A stretch of 64,000 nt of DNA, from the NCBI RefSeq assembly GCF_006345805.1, contig NC_042998.1, forward strand, positions 102,114,001 through 102,178,000. The letters are read 5' to 3'. The number at the start of each line of letters is the position of its first letter. The stretch's first letter is position 1. Source of the DNA: Octopus sinensis. Taxonomy: Eukaryota. Positions 1 to 13,090 of this stretch are shown in pieces. The position numbers and the translations under genes were made by a program. The notes beneath the pieces were generated by a model, which had not been told where the DNA came from, did no database searches, and worked only from the letters and a program-made list of their open reading frames with translations.

Positions 1-557
1 CGACAAAAAAAATGTAAAATCAAATTAATTTTTAAGGATTTTCAAATAAAGGAAAATAAGTTCGACAAATTAATAATTAATTTCACTAAATTAATTTACA
101 GGCTTAAGGGGGAATTTGAAGTTTATTTGGGAAGCAGAGAGGAAATTATGGATCTTGTCGCACACAATATGACATAAACAATAAAATAATTAACAAATAT
201 CCGAGTATATCATGCATAAACAATCAAATCGCCAATTTACACACGGCATATAGTAAAAGAATATGCAATACATTTCGTGCGTTGACATCAAAAATGTAAT
301 AACGTTATGGAGCAGAAACAAATTTCATTATATACGACATCACGTTATATTAACAGCTACTATGCAAGTAATAATGCAACCACTCAGAGAATTGCAATTT
401 AGTTCAGTATTTTGCCTTACAACCCGGTTCGAATTTCGATATCACTACGTCGTAACAATTTTGATATAGATTAAAATGTAAACCAGAACTTCCTCAAATT
501 ATGTACCCCTAATTCTTAATGCTCTTAGACATAGCACAAGACTTTAAAACATACGTA

Positions 558-720
558 TCTTTTATCTTTCACTCCTTGTTTCAGTCATTTGATTGCGACC
601 ATGCTGGAACACCACCTCGAAGGGTTTTTGTCGAACCACTAGGTTACGTGGACCTAAACACATCAACACCTGTTGTCAAGCAGTGCTGAGGGTCAAGAAC
701 AAACACAAAGACACACACAT
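558..720 (-). mobile_element. 3' half (tail) of tRNA-derived SINE; its head is at 1268-1425
   Basis: Reverse complement matches the tail of the complete SINEs at 6874-7335 and 48641-49047 (GGTGTTCCAGCATGGTCGCA...GACTGAAACAAG). Confidence 0.75.
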
Positions 721-734
721 ATACATATATATAT

Positions 735-1215
735 ATCGTGAAGTATATTTGCCACTTAATTGTGGCTAACCCTTAAGGGTGGATGCTACTGTAGCTTGTA
801 TCCCCAGGAAGAAACCTCCTCCAGCTAGCTATTGAAACACTTTCTGTGCCCTATCAGTATTTGCATTTTTCCAAGATCAGTGACTTTTCGTTACTGGAAA
901 AAGGATATATATATTGTCATTGGGAACCACTTCACATCGACAACCGGTAACTGTCACACGCTGATGACGAGCCAATGCCAAGAAACTCGGGTCCGTGTGT
1001 ATCACATCAGGTTGGAGATGGGAAGGTTGACTTCCCTATGGAAATACTGATAGGGCACAGAAAGTGTGTCAATAGCTAGCTGGAAGAGGTGTATTCCTGG
1101 GGCTACAAGCTACAGTAGTATCCATCCTTAAGGATTAGCCACATTTAAGTGGCAAATAGGCTTCACGATGTCGTGCAGCCACTGTTTATACCTTGCTCTG
1201 TAATATATTATTGCT
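735..1215. mobile_element. Fold-back element: ~135-bp imperfect inverted repeats (735-870 / 1037-1169) around an HHR-like core, plus single-copy arm 1170-1215
   Basis: ATCGTGAAG...GCCACTTAA...CCCTATCAGTATTTGCAT pairs with ATGGAAATACTGATAGGG...TTAAGTGGCAAATAGGCTTCACGAT; flanked by (TA)n on both sides. Confidence 0.8.
955..999 (+). ncRNA. Type I hammerhead ribozyme motif, degenerate stem II
   Basis: CACACG-CTGATGA-cgagccaatgccaa-GAAAC-TCGG-GTC^-CGTGTG: 6-bp stem I, full core, GUC site; stem II barely pairs. Confidence 0.65.
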
Positions 1216-1231
1216 TATATATATATATAAG

Positions 1232-1264
<33 letters not shown>

Positions 1265-1267
1265 ACA

Positions 1268-1425
1268 TAGGCTTCTTTCAGTTTCCGTCTACCAAATCAA
1301 CTTACAAGGCTTTGGTCAGCCTGAGGCTAGAGTAAAAGAGACTTGCCCAAGTTTCGATGTGTCTGACTGAACCCAGTTACCTGGTTAGAAAGGAAGCTCC
1401 TTACCATTTAGCCACGTTTGCGACT
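1268..1425 (-). mobile_element. 5' half (tRNA-like head + CORE-like domain) of SINE
   Basis: Reverse complement of head seen at 6874-7020 (CTTGGGCAAGT...GACCAAAGCCTTGT...GGTAGACGGAAACTGAAAGAAGCC). Confidence 0.75.
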
Positions 1426-3599
1426 ATGCATTCATCATATAGAAAGCACAAACAGTATTTTGTGCTTTATCAACATTTTGAAAAATAAAAGTATTCATGG
1501 CAACAACATATTACTTATATGTAATGAAAGGCTGTCAGAAGCTCTCCAATGATTCCTTTATGTACAACACATAACAGTCTCCATCCTATAACATTTCTAC
1601 TTCTAAATCTAACTAGTAATCATATCTATATGAGAAACATACGTAACCAATTACTCACGATCAAGTGAACATGCTTCTGTTTCAATGAACAAAGGACATC
1701 ACTAATGATAACGGCGAAGCAGTAACCTCCGTTACACACTGACATTGTCCGCGTCACCTGCATCCGACAGATACAGCTTATCTCTTATATCTCTTTGAAT
1801 GTGCCCGCACCCACTTCTTACATACAGGTATTTCTACATATACGTAAACAATTTAGTTTAGTCTGAATAGGTATTATGATGTATGCTTTTTCTACTGAAC
1901 TGCTTTGGCTAGAAATGTCACTTCTATTTCTAATAATTTTAACTTTCATTAGGTTGTGTTGAGAGAAAAATCATATGGACAGATAAAGAACAAGTAGAAA
2001 TTCTGTATGGAGGAAATATTAACTTTGTAATGAGGCATGTACATCAGTTTGGAGGAGTGATCGATATCTCGGTTGCTCAGAGAGACTGTGAGCGTTATAG
2101 CAATCATAGAAGAGACATATAAACAAATAAAAAGTACGGGTTATCATTAGATATACAACGTGATAGACAAATATTGGTTAAATTTAAGCTTTCTTTCCGA
2201 TACTTTCTAAAATGTTTGTCTTTAATACAGTTCCAAAAATATAGAAAAGTGCTTTACTCAGGCCGACAAACTTTGCATTTACTTTAATGTACTTTGGAAC
2301 ATTTTATAGATTAAATATCAAAGATACGCATAAGTACAGAAATCTAGCATTTATTGAAAATGTGGGATTTTTAGTGTGGGAACTTTTTTGTTTGGCTGAC
2401 ACTATTCACTATTCAATTTCTTCAATTGTTCCAACTGATTTCAAATATGGTGTAGATTTGTACGCTCATACTTGATATGGAATTCATTTTCACCATAAAT
2501 CAATAATTAAAGAGTTAATAGCTTTTAAATATTGAAAATTGTGGGTAATTTTTCGACAATCGAAATTCACAGACATATAGGTGTATATTTCCATAAAAAA
2601 ATAAATAAACAACAAAAAATGTGTTGTTTACTCTTTTTTCACATTTAATGCATATTGAATGTGTAGAACTACAAAATATGTGCTACTTACTCGTTTTAGG
2701 TTCATTTTTCGCGTATTAGATACTTAAAGCACTTACTATAATAGTAATGTTAACATTATTGTTTGTCATTTTACGATTGCAGTTAAGCAGCAAATGACAA
2801 CTTCCAAATCATGTTTTATGACTGGGGAAAAAGGATGACATTTTAACTTTAAAAAAAAAAGAAAAAGAAAAAATTCTGGAACCATTGAATTAGATTCTGA
2901 GACGCAAAATTTTAAAAGTGCAGCTAAACAGAAAAGATACTTAGTGTGTATTACTCTATTAAAATACATTCGTCCATTTATATATCAAATTCAGTCGTAT
3001 ATCATATCTATTTTTCTCACTTCATATTCATTTACATCGCTAAATTACGCTAAATATACAGAGTAAAGACAATGAAACATCAGATTCTCAGAAATGCACA
3101 AATAGAACCCAAAGTTCGTATTGAATATTTTAATTACGATTACACATATATATCTATGTAAACTTTTGTGCATGTGTTTATGATTGTGTATGCCTGTGGA
3201 GGTTCAGCGCTCTCCAATTTGCTCAAAAGTGATAAATGACTGAATGTGCAATTTAGTTACAAATAGTGCCAGATATATGTGTGTATTGAAATACAGACAG
3301 ATATCTTCGGCTTTATTCAGGTTTCCTAACAAATTATTCATGTGAAATAATTCCAGTTAATATATCACCATATTGATATGTCTCCATATTTACCTGTCCA
3401 TATCAACTTCCACTAGCAGGATCTGACAGCTAGATTTGGACCAAAACTATGAACATAGTTAAGAGTAGGGGCAAATATATTTTACATATATAAAATCTAA
3501 ATCGAATATATTAATAGCAGCATTGATTATTTTGTCCTATCTAATGATACACAATATGACGAATAAAAAAATCCACAATTTCTCCCTATATATTCAAAT

Positions 3600-3797
<198 letters not shown>

Positions 3798-4010
3798 AGT
3801 CTATTTGTTTCAGTGATTTGACTGTGATCATGTTGGACAAACGCTTTGAAGGGCTTTTGTCGAAGAAATGAACCCCAGAACTTATTTTGTAAGCTTAGTA
3901 TTTAATCTATCGGTCTCTTTTCCAAACCGCTAATTTACGGGGGTGTAAACACACCAACACCACTTGTCAAGTGGTGATGTGGGGCAAACAGGGACGCAAA
4001 GTCTTTCATA
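3798..4010 (-). mobile_element. SINE tail fragment
   Basis: Same family as 558-720, 7131-7335 and 34045-34260. Confidence 0.7.
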
Positions 4011-4068
4011 TAGATACATACACACACATATAGACATACACACACGCCCCCCCACACACACACACACG

Positions 4069-4118
<50 letters not shown>

Positions 4119-4123
4119 ATATA

Positions 4124-4154
<31 letters not shown>

Positions 4155-4166
4155 CGTGTGTGTGTG

Positions 4167-4282
4167 AAAACTTAGATTCAGATAAATATGGAACTTAAAT
4201 TGAGACACCAGAATTTAGTACGGTATTATCCACACAATTTCAAAATTTGGTGATTAGAATTAAAATAAGCAATTGCTTATTT

Positions 4283-4287
<5 letters not shown>
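4167..4287. repeat. Leader-A repeat ending in a collapsed hairpin
   Basis: Leader similar to 37720-37810, followed by perfect 22-bp palindrome AAAATAAGCAATTGCTTATTTT (4262-4283). Confidence 0.7.
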
Positions 4288-4336
<49 letters not shown>

Positions 4337-4885
4337 TATATATATCAGAGTGGCCCTTAGCAATAGGTAATGTTTTGAAACTTACAATTTTGCTGTTCCC
4401 ACCCGCTAATCCTGTTCCAATAAACAAAATAACGTGGTGTGCAAAATTTCAGCTTCATTAGACAACTACTAGGCGACCCTCAAACGCCTTGAAGATGGAA
4501 CAATATACGCAACTATTAATTCTTTTGAAAAGCGCTATACCGTTCCGTTCCTCCACCATTTTCTTTTTTCTTCTTAGAGAAATTTATGTGGACCCATCCA
4601 GCCAACCCCAACAAATGTTTGAAAACATTCTGAATTAAATTTACCAATAGCTGATTTGAAACATTTCTGAAATTTAATGAAAAACTAAAGAAATATTAGG
4701 TTTCTTAATAAAGCCTACAACTTCTATAAGAGAAATGCATTTTTAATTACAACAATAATTTCTATAGAACCAAAAACATACTGTGAAAATTGAGCACTGA
4801 ATATTGGACATTATATTTGCATAAGAGAGGATTTAGTGATAGTTGGGTATGTTTTTCGGTTTTCGGTTACAATCCGTAAAACAAA

Positions 4886-6125
4886 TTGTTTCACAGTTTC
4901 ATCTTCTGTGAGAATGTTATTGTAATCCTGAATGAGTTTGATACCTCTTTCTGTAATGTCATTCGCAACAACTGTCTTTTTAAGTTTTTCAAGATCACTT
5001 TTGTAACTAGGATCATCCTTTCATGTCGAAGGTTTTTTTTGTCGATGAAACCGGTGCTGAAAAGAAATCTCGTGAAGAGTTACAAAAGACGAAAACTCGA
5101 TGTTTGTAATGGAAGAAAAGTAATTTTGGTGCAGAATGTACCTCTTCAGTTGATTTTTCTTCCTCTTCTTCACCTTTGGCTGCTTCCAGCATAATTTAAT
5201 CAATATTTACCTTCACCTCTGTTGGAACATTGTCATCAATCATGGGTAGAGCCACAGTTTCGGGAGCTAAGTACCAGACATGAATGGAAAATCTTTTCGC
5301 AGCGGTCTTACTGATTTCTGGATGAATATTCTGATGATTTATCAGTTGACACATGAATAGGAAATCATGATAAGGTGATTTAATTACTTCAGATGACAGA
5401 AAAACAGGACCGAATATACACGTGAGCAAATAAAATACATATTCTTCTTAAAGAGTTCTCCCCAGGAGATAACAGAAATTGATCTTGAAACAGGTATGTC
5501 TTGAATGCGTAAATTGCTTTTGACATCCACCTAGCATGACTTATAGCTCCTGCTGTACGAAGCGATATTCCGTTCATCGGAAGAAAGATCATCATTAACT
5601 CCAATAATTCTCGGTAATCATTTCGCTGTTGTTTCAGCGTAGAAAGGTGGTTTCAAGGAATCGAAGAATGGCAGAGCGGACATCATCAGGCACTTCCTTT
5701 CAACTAGTTATGTAAACTGTCTTGCTGAGTGTCGTCCGAGTTTCTCTAAATCTTTTGAAAAACGCCATGTCTGGACTAGAAGTTGCACCCATCAGTGAGT
5801 CAAAGCAGCTCCTAAAAACTAAGTAGAAAATGTGATGACGGCAAAGGAAGTACAACAGGTCGCCATCGAACACCTTTTCTACTGATATGTACTGATATGT
5901 GTTGCTTTCTGTTGTATCACAGCAAAGTGCCTGAATTTTGTCGGTTACACCCCACTTCTCCACTGCTTCGTAAACAGCCGCGGCTTGCTGTCCTCCTGAA
6001 GGTGTTGGAATTTTAGGGACCCCCAACAATTGCTTATTGCCTTGAAAAGTTACTATTATTGCTAGTCTATTGACCTTTTCAACGCCTGTGAGTGTTGGAA
6101 GCAGCTTTCCATCCCAGTCAATATT
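4886..6125 (-). pseudogene. Degenerate hAT-superfamily (hATm-like) transposase
   Basis: Pieces in several frames: WDGKLL...QLLGVPK, LCCDTT, LCRHHI (CxxH), SPD...FKRF, HARWMSKAIY, HVWYLAPE; frameshifts and stops. Confidence 0.75.
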
Positions 6126-6787
6126 AATTCTTTACAGTCATTTAGGTTAAATTTGAGCTGTATTCATGTGTGTCTCGCTTCTCTAAATTTTGTTCTAAGG
6201 CATTGATAATAAGTATACAAAGTACATAACATTATAAAACCATAGAGGTTATAAACATGGTATTACAACTTTGTCAGGGCTGATAATACAACAGGGGAAG
6301 ATCTATATCATAATGCGTCGCAACAAAATGAATTAGTGCTTAGAAATTATTGCAAATAAATTAACTTATATTTACAAATGCAGACAAGTCATATTAATTC
6401 ACTATTTATCACTAACGTATATTTCTTAGTATTTTATTTCTCAGCATTCTTCCAACAGACGAATGCTTCACTCGGTCATGGCTGGCCGCCGACTGGATGA
6501 CACGAAAAATAGGTGTTTGCCCTATATCTGCGCTTTGTCTCCAGCTTTGTAAGTCACTTTCTCCATTATATTTATTGACACTTATCTTTCTATTACCAAG
6601 AATAAGTGTGAACAAGTTTTTTATTTAAGAGAAAATTATATGAGAGTGGCTTTCCGAGCGATAACTTCAAAATTCATGGACGATGAGGGTCGCTTTGCAG
6701 TTGTTCAAATGAGGTAAAATTTTGCGTAGAATGAAATTTTTTGTTAATTGTGCGTGAGCTAAAATTTTAGAAAGTTGAAAAATAAGG

Positions 6788-6873
<86 letters not shown>

Positions 6874-6875
<2 letters not shown>

Positions 6876-7039
6876 TGTAGGAGTGGCTGTGTGGTAAGTA
6901 CCACAGGGGTCCGGGTTCAGTCCCACTGCGTGGCATCTTGAGGAAGTGTCTTCTACTATAGCCTCGGGCCTACCAAAGCCTTGTGAGTGGATTTGGTAGA
7001 CGGAAACTGAAAGAAGCAAGCCCATCGTATATATGTATG

Positions 7040-7129
<90 letters not shown>

Positions 7130-7335
7130 TATGTTTCTGTGTCTGTGTTTGTGCCCCTAATATCGCTTGACAACAGATGCTGGTGTGTTTACGCCCCTGT
7201 AACTTAGCGCTTCGGCACAAAAGCCGATAGAATAAGTACAACGCTTACAAAGAATAAGTCCTGGAGGCGATTTGCTCGACTAAAGGCGGTGCTCCACCAT
7301 GGCCGTAGTCAAGATACAGAAACAAGTAAAAGAAT
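6874..7335 (+). mobile_element. Complete tRNA-derived SINE (CORE-like) with internal (TA)n(TG)n
   Basis: A-box-like TGGCTGTGTGG, B-box-like GGGTTCAGTCCC (6913-6924), CORE-like central domain, LINE-like tail GGCGGTGCTCCACCATGGCCG...GAAACAAGTAAAAGA. Confidence 0.8.
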
Positions 7336-7610
7336 AAAAAAATAAAACAATATATATGTGTGTGTGTGTGTATGTTTCTGTGTCTGTGTTTGTGCCCCTA
7401 ATATCGCTTGACAACAGATGCTGGTGTGTTTACGCCCCTGTAACTTAGCGCTTCGGCACAAAAGCCGATAGAATAAGTACAACGCTTACAAAGAATAAGT
7501 CCTGGAGGCGATTTGCTCGACTAAAGGCGGTGCTCCACCATGGCCGTAGTCAAGATACAGAAACAAGTAAAAGAATAAAAAAATAAAACAATATATATGT
7601 GTGTGTGTGT
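7125..7610 (+). repeat. Tandem duplication, 241-bp period, of the SINE tail
   Basis: ATGTTTCTG at 7131 and 7372; copies appear identical; breakpoints in (TG)n. Confidence 0.9.
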
Positions 7611-7637
7611 AAGTAACAACTGACGGACAGGTGTTAG

Positions 7638-7720
7638 TTCATTACAACCGTTTCTAACGAATTTTTTAATTGATCAATTAGTACATAATATCATTATAAA
7701 ACTCGTTTTCTTCAGATGAA
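7638..7720 (-). ncRNA. Type I hammerhead ribozyme motif with A.A mismatch at base of stem II
   Basis: Minus strand: TTCAT-CTGAAGA-A-AACGAGTTTT...AAAATTCGTT-A-GAAAC-GGTT-GTA^-ATGAA; 5-bp stem I, 10-bp stem II. Confidence 0.75.
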
Positions 7721-8269
7721 TACATGAATTTTACAATCAAGAACATAAAAAAAAATTAATCCACGGCACATACATATTTTGTGATTCCACGACAGTCTTT
7801 TACCACATAGTGCGCTTAACTAAGACAACGTACATTCAAGTGTTTAATGGGAGGGGACACCACTACGACATATAAATGGAAGGGTATATTTCAGCATGTA
7901 TAACTTAGTTCGTATGGTACCGAGGGAAGGGTGAACGACATCTCAGTCAACTTTCTTAGTTAGCTCTATTTATATAAAATACAATTCAACAAGAGGATCA
8001 GTGCCAAAGACCTTTCTTGAAGTTGCTTGCCAGCATGCATTCGACCCGGCTGTGAGTGTGTATATCTCTTGTTTTGAGACTGAATTCTTTACTGTAAGTA
8101 CACAATATTTCTATTAAGAATTGCATACAAATTTATATATTTTTTAACAACAAACATGTCAACGTTATAACATATACGGATATCCTTACCATCTCCCACA
8201 TAATACTCTACAAAGCAAACATTTTGGTTAAAATTTGATAATTTTATTTGCTATTGTTATCTATATTTA

Positions 8270-10125
8270 TTATTATTTTTATATACACTCTACAAATTAG
8301 ACTCTTGGAAGAGAAAAAAACATAACATCGTGCTACAGCAATTAACCTTACATACCAAGAATCATCCTGAGTATCCTAGTTGTTCCTAATAACACTGTTT
8401 TCTGGAGTTCTGCTACAATGGGTTTCATGCTTATTTCCTCTACTCATCTGTTAAGATCTTTAAGGATAGTTCCCAATGCACCTATAACTACTGGGATACA
8501 TTTTACCTGCGCTTTCCATAGTGTTTGTAATTCAATAGCTAGGTCGAGGTACTTTACTATTTTTTCTATACCTCTCATATTAATTTTCTCATCACTTGGG
8601 ACTGTAAAGTCAATTATCCGGCATTTTCTATTCTCTTTATCTATTACTACAAAGTCAGGATTTCTATCTTCTATTACTCTGTCAGTCTGAATGTTTAAAA
8701 ATCCCACAACATCTTGTATTTCTTACTTTCTAGTTCTTTATTAGGTTCATGTTCATACCATTTAACAGAGTGTTCAAATACTATCTTTCTACATAGCTCG
8801 CAGGGGATTGCTCTCCCTAGATTTTCATGTCTTTTCTTGTATTCGTTCTATGTCAGCGTGCTACATTCACTTACTATATGAGTAACGCTTTCTTCTTTCA
8901 ATTTGCATAATCTACAATGGAAATTTACTCGGTTTTTGTCTTTTTGACTTTATCCAACTGGTCCTTAATCCTTAATCTTACGCAGCTACTAACAAACTTT
9001 ATGTCACCTTCAGCTTCCCTCTCTGCAACTATAAGCATGTCTAATTATTTGCTGAAACTATCTTTGGGAACATGCCATTCAACGCCTTCTCCTGCCAGTC
9101 AGATAATTTCTTTTTTTTCTGTTTTTTAAATTCGTTTGGGTTTTTGGCTTCCTTATGTCTTACTGCGACTCTAGCAGCTTTTAATAAACATTCTTCGCTA
9201 TTATCTACATGGAAGTCTATATCAAATCTAGCTACAACCATGCAGGCGTATACAGATATTAACACTCTTCCGCATTCCTTTCTAGGTAGGTATAATCCTC
9301 CTACTGCTGTCCTTGTGTAGAGTTCTCCATTGATATTAAATTCCTTCGTAGTTCTCATATCTAGCTTTGCTAATTCAGTTTTTGTCCATTCTACAAATGC
9401 TGCTGACTATCTATGTAATGATACTTACTGCCCAAGTATTTACAGCCTTTTAGCTTTGACTTCATTAGCTTCCTCGCCCGTTTGATGTACATCTTCTAAA
9501 CTTTCGTTTTCTTCTCTGTAGTTAGTACTCAGCCAATTTCTAATACTCCTTGTTACTTAAAATCTCCTCCTTTCAATGATTTTAATGTCTTGCCATCTGG
9601 TAATTAGGTGCCTTCACTCTTGACTATATGTCTCCTTGTCATGACTAATACTGTACGCTTATGTACGCTTAATTCCATGCCTGTATCTTTTCTGAAGAGT
9701 CTTACAGTCTGTATTAAGTAATCTTTCTCTCTCTCTTTCATTCTTGCTAAAATGCTACAGATCATCCATGTAGATCAACTAATCTCTACTCAGTCACTTT
9801 AAGCATACCCTTCTCTAACCAGTGTTAACATCCGTTTTCTATGTTTTCTATAGCCCTTTCTTTTGGGTTCACTTTCTAAGTAGCATTACATCTCTATCCT
9901 GTTATCTTCGCTGGTCCACTTCCTACTCCTTGCTTTATTATTTTCTGATGCTGTATTAGGATAACAGCTGTGGCCGGCCTGCACCTTTACTGAACCATTG
10001 TCGAGCGAGAGGCCTTCTCTTAATGGTCCAGCATCATTTTTCACTGTTACACCAGAGTTTCTTCCAAGACCCTTGACTCTCATAAACTGTGGTAAGAGAA
10101 AGTTCGTCTCCAACGTCATCACTAC
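8270..10125 (-). mobile_element. R4/Dong-like non-LTR retrotransposon with the RT core deleted
   Basis: N-terminal RKWTSEDN...CYLESEP...GYRK; post-RT AVNTWAVS, LYLPRK; CCHC knuckle CRLC...VTHIVSEC (~8860-8915); restriction-like endonuclease PDFVVID...IIDFTVP...KY...PVVIGALG (8444-8707); TAA-rich 3' end. Confidence 0.8.
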
Positions 10126-10581
10126 TATTATTTTTTGACATCTGAATGTTTCAAGTAACTTTCTATTGCATCATTTATTGCACCTTTGTGCTGGTGAGGT
10201 GGTGTTTGTTGCATTGTTTGTGGGGTGGGGATATTGTATTGCATCAGTAAGTTTTGTTATCAGGTTTTATTTGAGTCTTCTGTTGTATTAGTTTCTATAT
10301 TGTGTGTTGCTTATGAAGCGAAAATTGTGTTCATCTGTGGAGTATCGGCATTCTATGGCACATTTTGTGGGTTTTGTTAATTTTCGAGGGCATTTTACTG
10401 TATGAGTTTATTCTTGAATATTTTTGGCGGGATGTTGCATAGTAATGCGTGTGTGTGACTCATACGTTAACTATTTTATAGTATTTATGTTTATCCGTCC
10501 GCAGTTCTTTCTCTTTTGGCTGGTTTTGTTATAGGCACCGTTAATTATTATTATTTTCATTATCATCTTCTTTCAATTCCG

Positions 10582-10668
10582 TTTCTTCTTCTTCTTCTTC
10601 TTCTTCTTCTTCTTCTTCTTCTTCTTCTTCTTCTTCTTCTTCTTCTTCTTCTTCTTCTTCTTCTTCTT
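10582..10668. repeat. (CTT)n microsatellite
   Basis: Direct reading. Confidence 0.95.
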
Positions 10669-12120
10669 TTTCTTTTGCACTGACTAAGCAAATTTGGCAT
10701 GTTTAAGAATCCCACAAATATAAAGACAAATTTATAAAGAATCAGTAGTTAACAACAACAACAACAACAACAACGACGACGACGACGACATCAATAGCAA
10801 CAGTAGTAGAAAAGCAAAGAAACGCCGCAATGTCGATACAGCACGTCTACAATAATCGCAACTGGTCTGATAGTAAAATCGACATTCTCGTTAACGCATT
10901 CTTTCTCAAACTGAAAACATCCATGCCTCCGCTATATATCTCATTGCTAGGAGAGTTGTTTAGTATTTCGATAATCGCCGAAAGAGACAAAACCAAAACA
11001 AACTGAACCAAATTATTACTTCATATAGTAATTTGCTTCAAAATTAACCACATCGATAAATTCGCTCAAATCTTTCCATCAACGAAAGTCCGCGATGAGC
11101 ATCAGTAATAGAAAGAACAACAACTACAACAACATCAGTAGCAAAAACAACAGTTTCAACTATCGTAACAATAACAGTAATATTAATGATGACAGCAGCA
11201 ACAAAGTCCTGTAAACCACTGTATCACAAAAGGCTCAATGCCAACCTGATTGACATTACTACCATCATCATCTACTACTACTACTACTACTACTACTTGA
11301 TCTTCTTGCTCTTGTTCTTGTTCTCCTCCCTTTTCTTCTACTGCTATATCTCTCAGTGACCAACCACAACCACAACCACACCTTTCTCCCTCCGCCTTGG
11401 ACCAATCTCAACCACACTTTCGTTCTCACTCACCCACCACTACTGCCTCAATGTCAGTATTACCAAACTAAACCACATCTATTCCTATTTCTTCTTTCAG
11501 TGTCCAGCCTGAACTTCATCTTTTTTTCTGCCTGTCCAACTCCCATTGCTCCAATATCATGAAAATGAAACAAATTTAAACCTGAGACTATTTATAATCC
11601 ACTGCCTATTAAAACTCCCACACATCTACAACAAAACTCGAAAATACGCTGCCATTCCTCACACGCAACACTATGCACATGCCGTGACTGCAACCTCACT
11701 TCCGTACCTGGGATAAAATATTCAGTTAATAAAGCAACTCTAACCATAGCATATCTGCTACAACAGTACCTACACCGAAATCGAAATCAGTTCATAACTC
11801 TAAAATCTACCTATATTCCCAGCGCTATGTGATTCTACAAAAAACAAAAACAAAATCTACAGCTCCGGTTCGAATTTTTCCACCAACTCAGGAAACTGGG
11901 GAACATTCAGTAGGAACACTAACGAACCAAAGATACGACCACAATTCCAGACAATACATTCTCTCTGATCAGGTAACTTCTTTTTTATTCCTGCAGAACC
12001 TAGAAAAAGTGATTAAGTAAAGTATCTGAGCTACCACTCAGCACCAACCCCTATCACTACCCCAGTGCATAGACTCCTCCTTGCTGCCGATAAACCATAA
12101 ATCTATTTTGAACGCTACCC

Positions 12121-12790
12121 CAGTCTCAACATTTTTGCTGAATGCGCAAGGCTACAGTTCATCCTGCAATTAAAAATTAGGAATGGATCAGTTCATTCAA
12201 GACTGGGTTTCCGACCATCCTCATCACATTCTTTTGTTTTTTTCTTGCTGAAACTCACCTTAACAACTTACTCTTGGAAGATGATGTAAAGAAGAGGAAT
12301 TGTAATACCATTCATACAAACTGCACTGGTAGAAGAACGGGAGGTGTTGTTATTTTCCTACACGACTCATTTACTAATGTCTCATTCACCAGTGGCTTCT
12401 GTGTATCAGTATCTGCGTATAACAAAACTAACGATTTGGTAATAATTGGGCTCTACAGGACACCCCAAGTATCACTACAGTATTTTGAGACTTTCACTGA
12501 ACACTGCTGATTTGATGGTTTAATAATGGGTGACTTTAATTTCCCTTGTGTTGACTGATCTACTCATACTTTGAAGATAGGAGTGTGCATTTCATCCCCA
12601 GCGAAAGCAGCAGTGGAATTAATTTTCGAATTCATAAATGAATTTTTCCTATCCCAACGCGTGCTCGTGCTAATGAGATTTCCCAAGAGCACATTGGACT
12701 TAGTGTCTAGCAAATATACTAACATTATCGTGCTCTCCGAAGCACGATATCTTTCTCTCTAGTTTGAGGTTCGGGCAAACAATAGTTACA
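12121..12790 (+). pseudogene. Degenerate AP-like endonuclease of a CR1/Jockey-group LINE
   Basis: LLNAQG, GGVVIF, IIGLYRTP, MGDFNFP, TLDLV motifs in order, with stops and frameshifts. Confidence 0.75.
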
Positions 12791-12965
12791 CAGAACAATC
12801 ATGTCTTTTTGATCCCATGGATCTACACGGTTTCCATGTAAAAGAATAGCATTTACAGGAAAATAAATATTTTTAAAAAATGGATAAATCGAAAAATCAA
12901 CCAGCTAAAATATATGCGGCTGCAACGCCCGCAACTACACATATAGCTTTACTGGAATCAAAGAC

Positions 12966-13090
12966 TTGCTTCTTTCAGTTTCAGTCTACCAAACCCACTC
13001 AAGGCTTTGGCTGGCACGAGGCTATAGTAGAAAACACTTGCCCTAGTTGCTACACAGTGGGACTGAACTGGAAAGCATGTGGTTCTCTTG
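12966..13090 (-). mobile_element. SINE head/CORE-like fragment
   Basis: Reverse complement of 6910-7015 family. Confidence 0.7.

Noticed and set aside
7284-7335. GAAAC-AA-GTA in SINE/LINE tails as a possible ribozyme
   Set aside because: Lacks CTGANGA; better explained as the LINE 3' recognition stem-loop.
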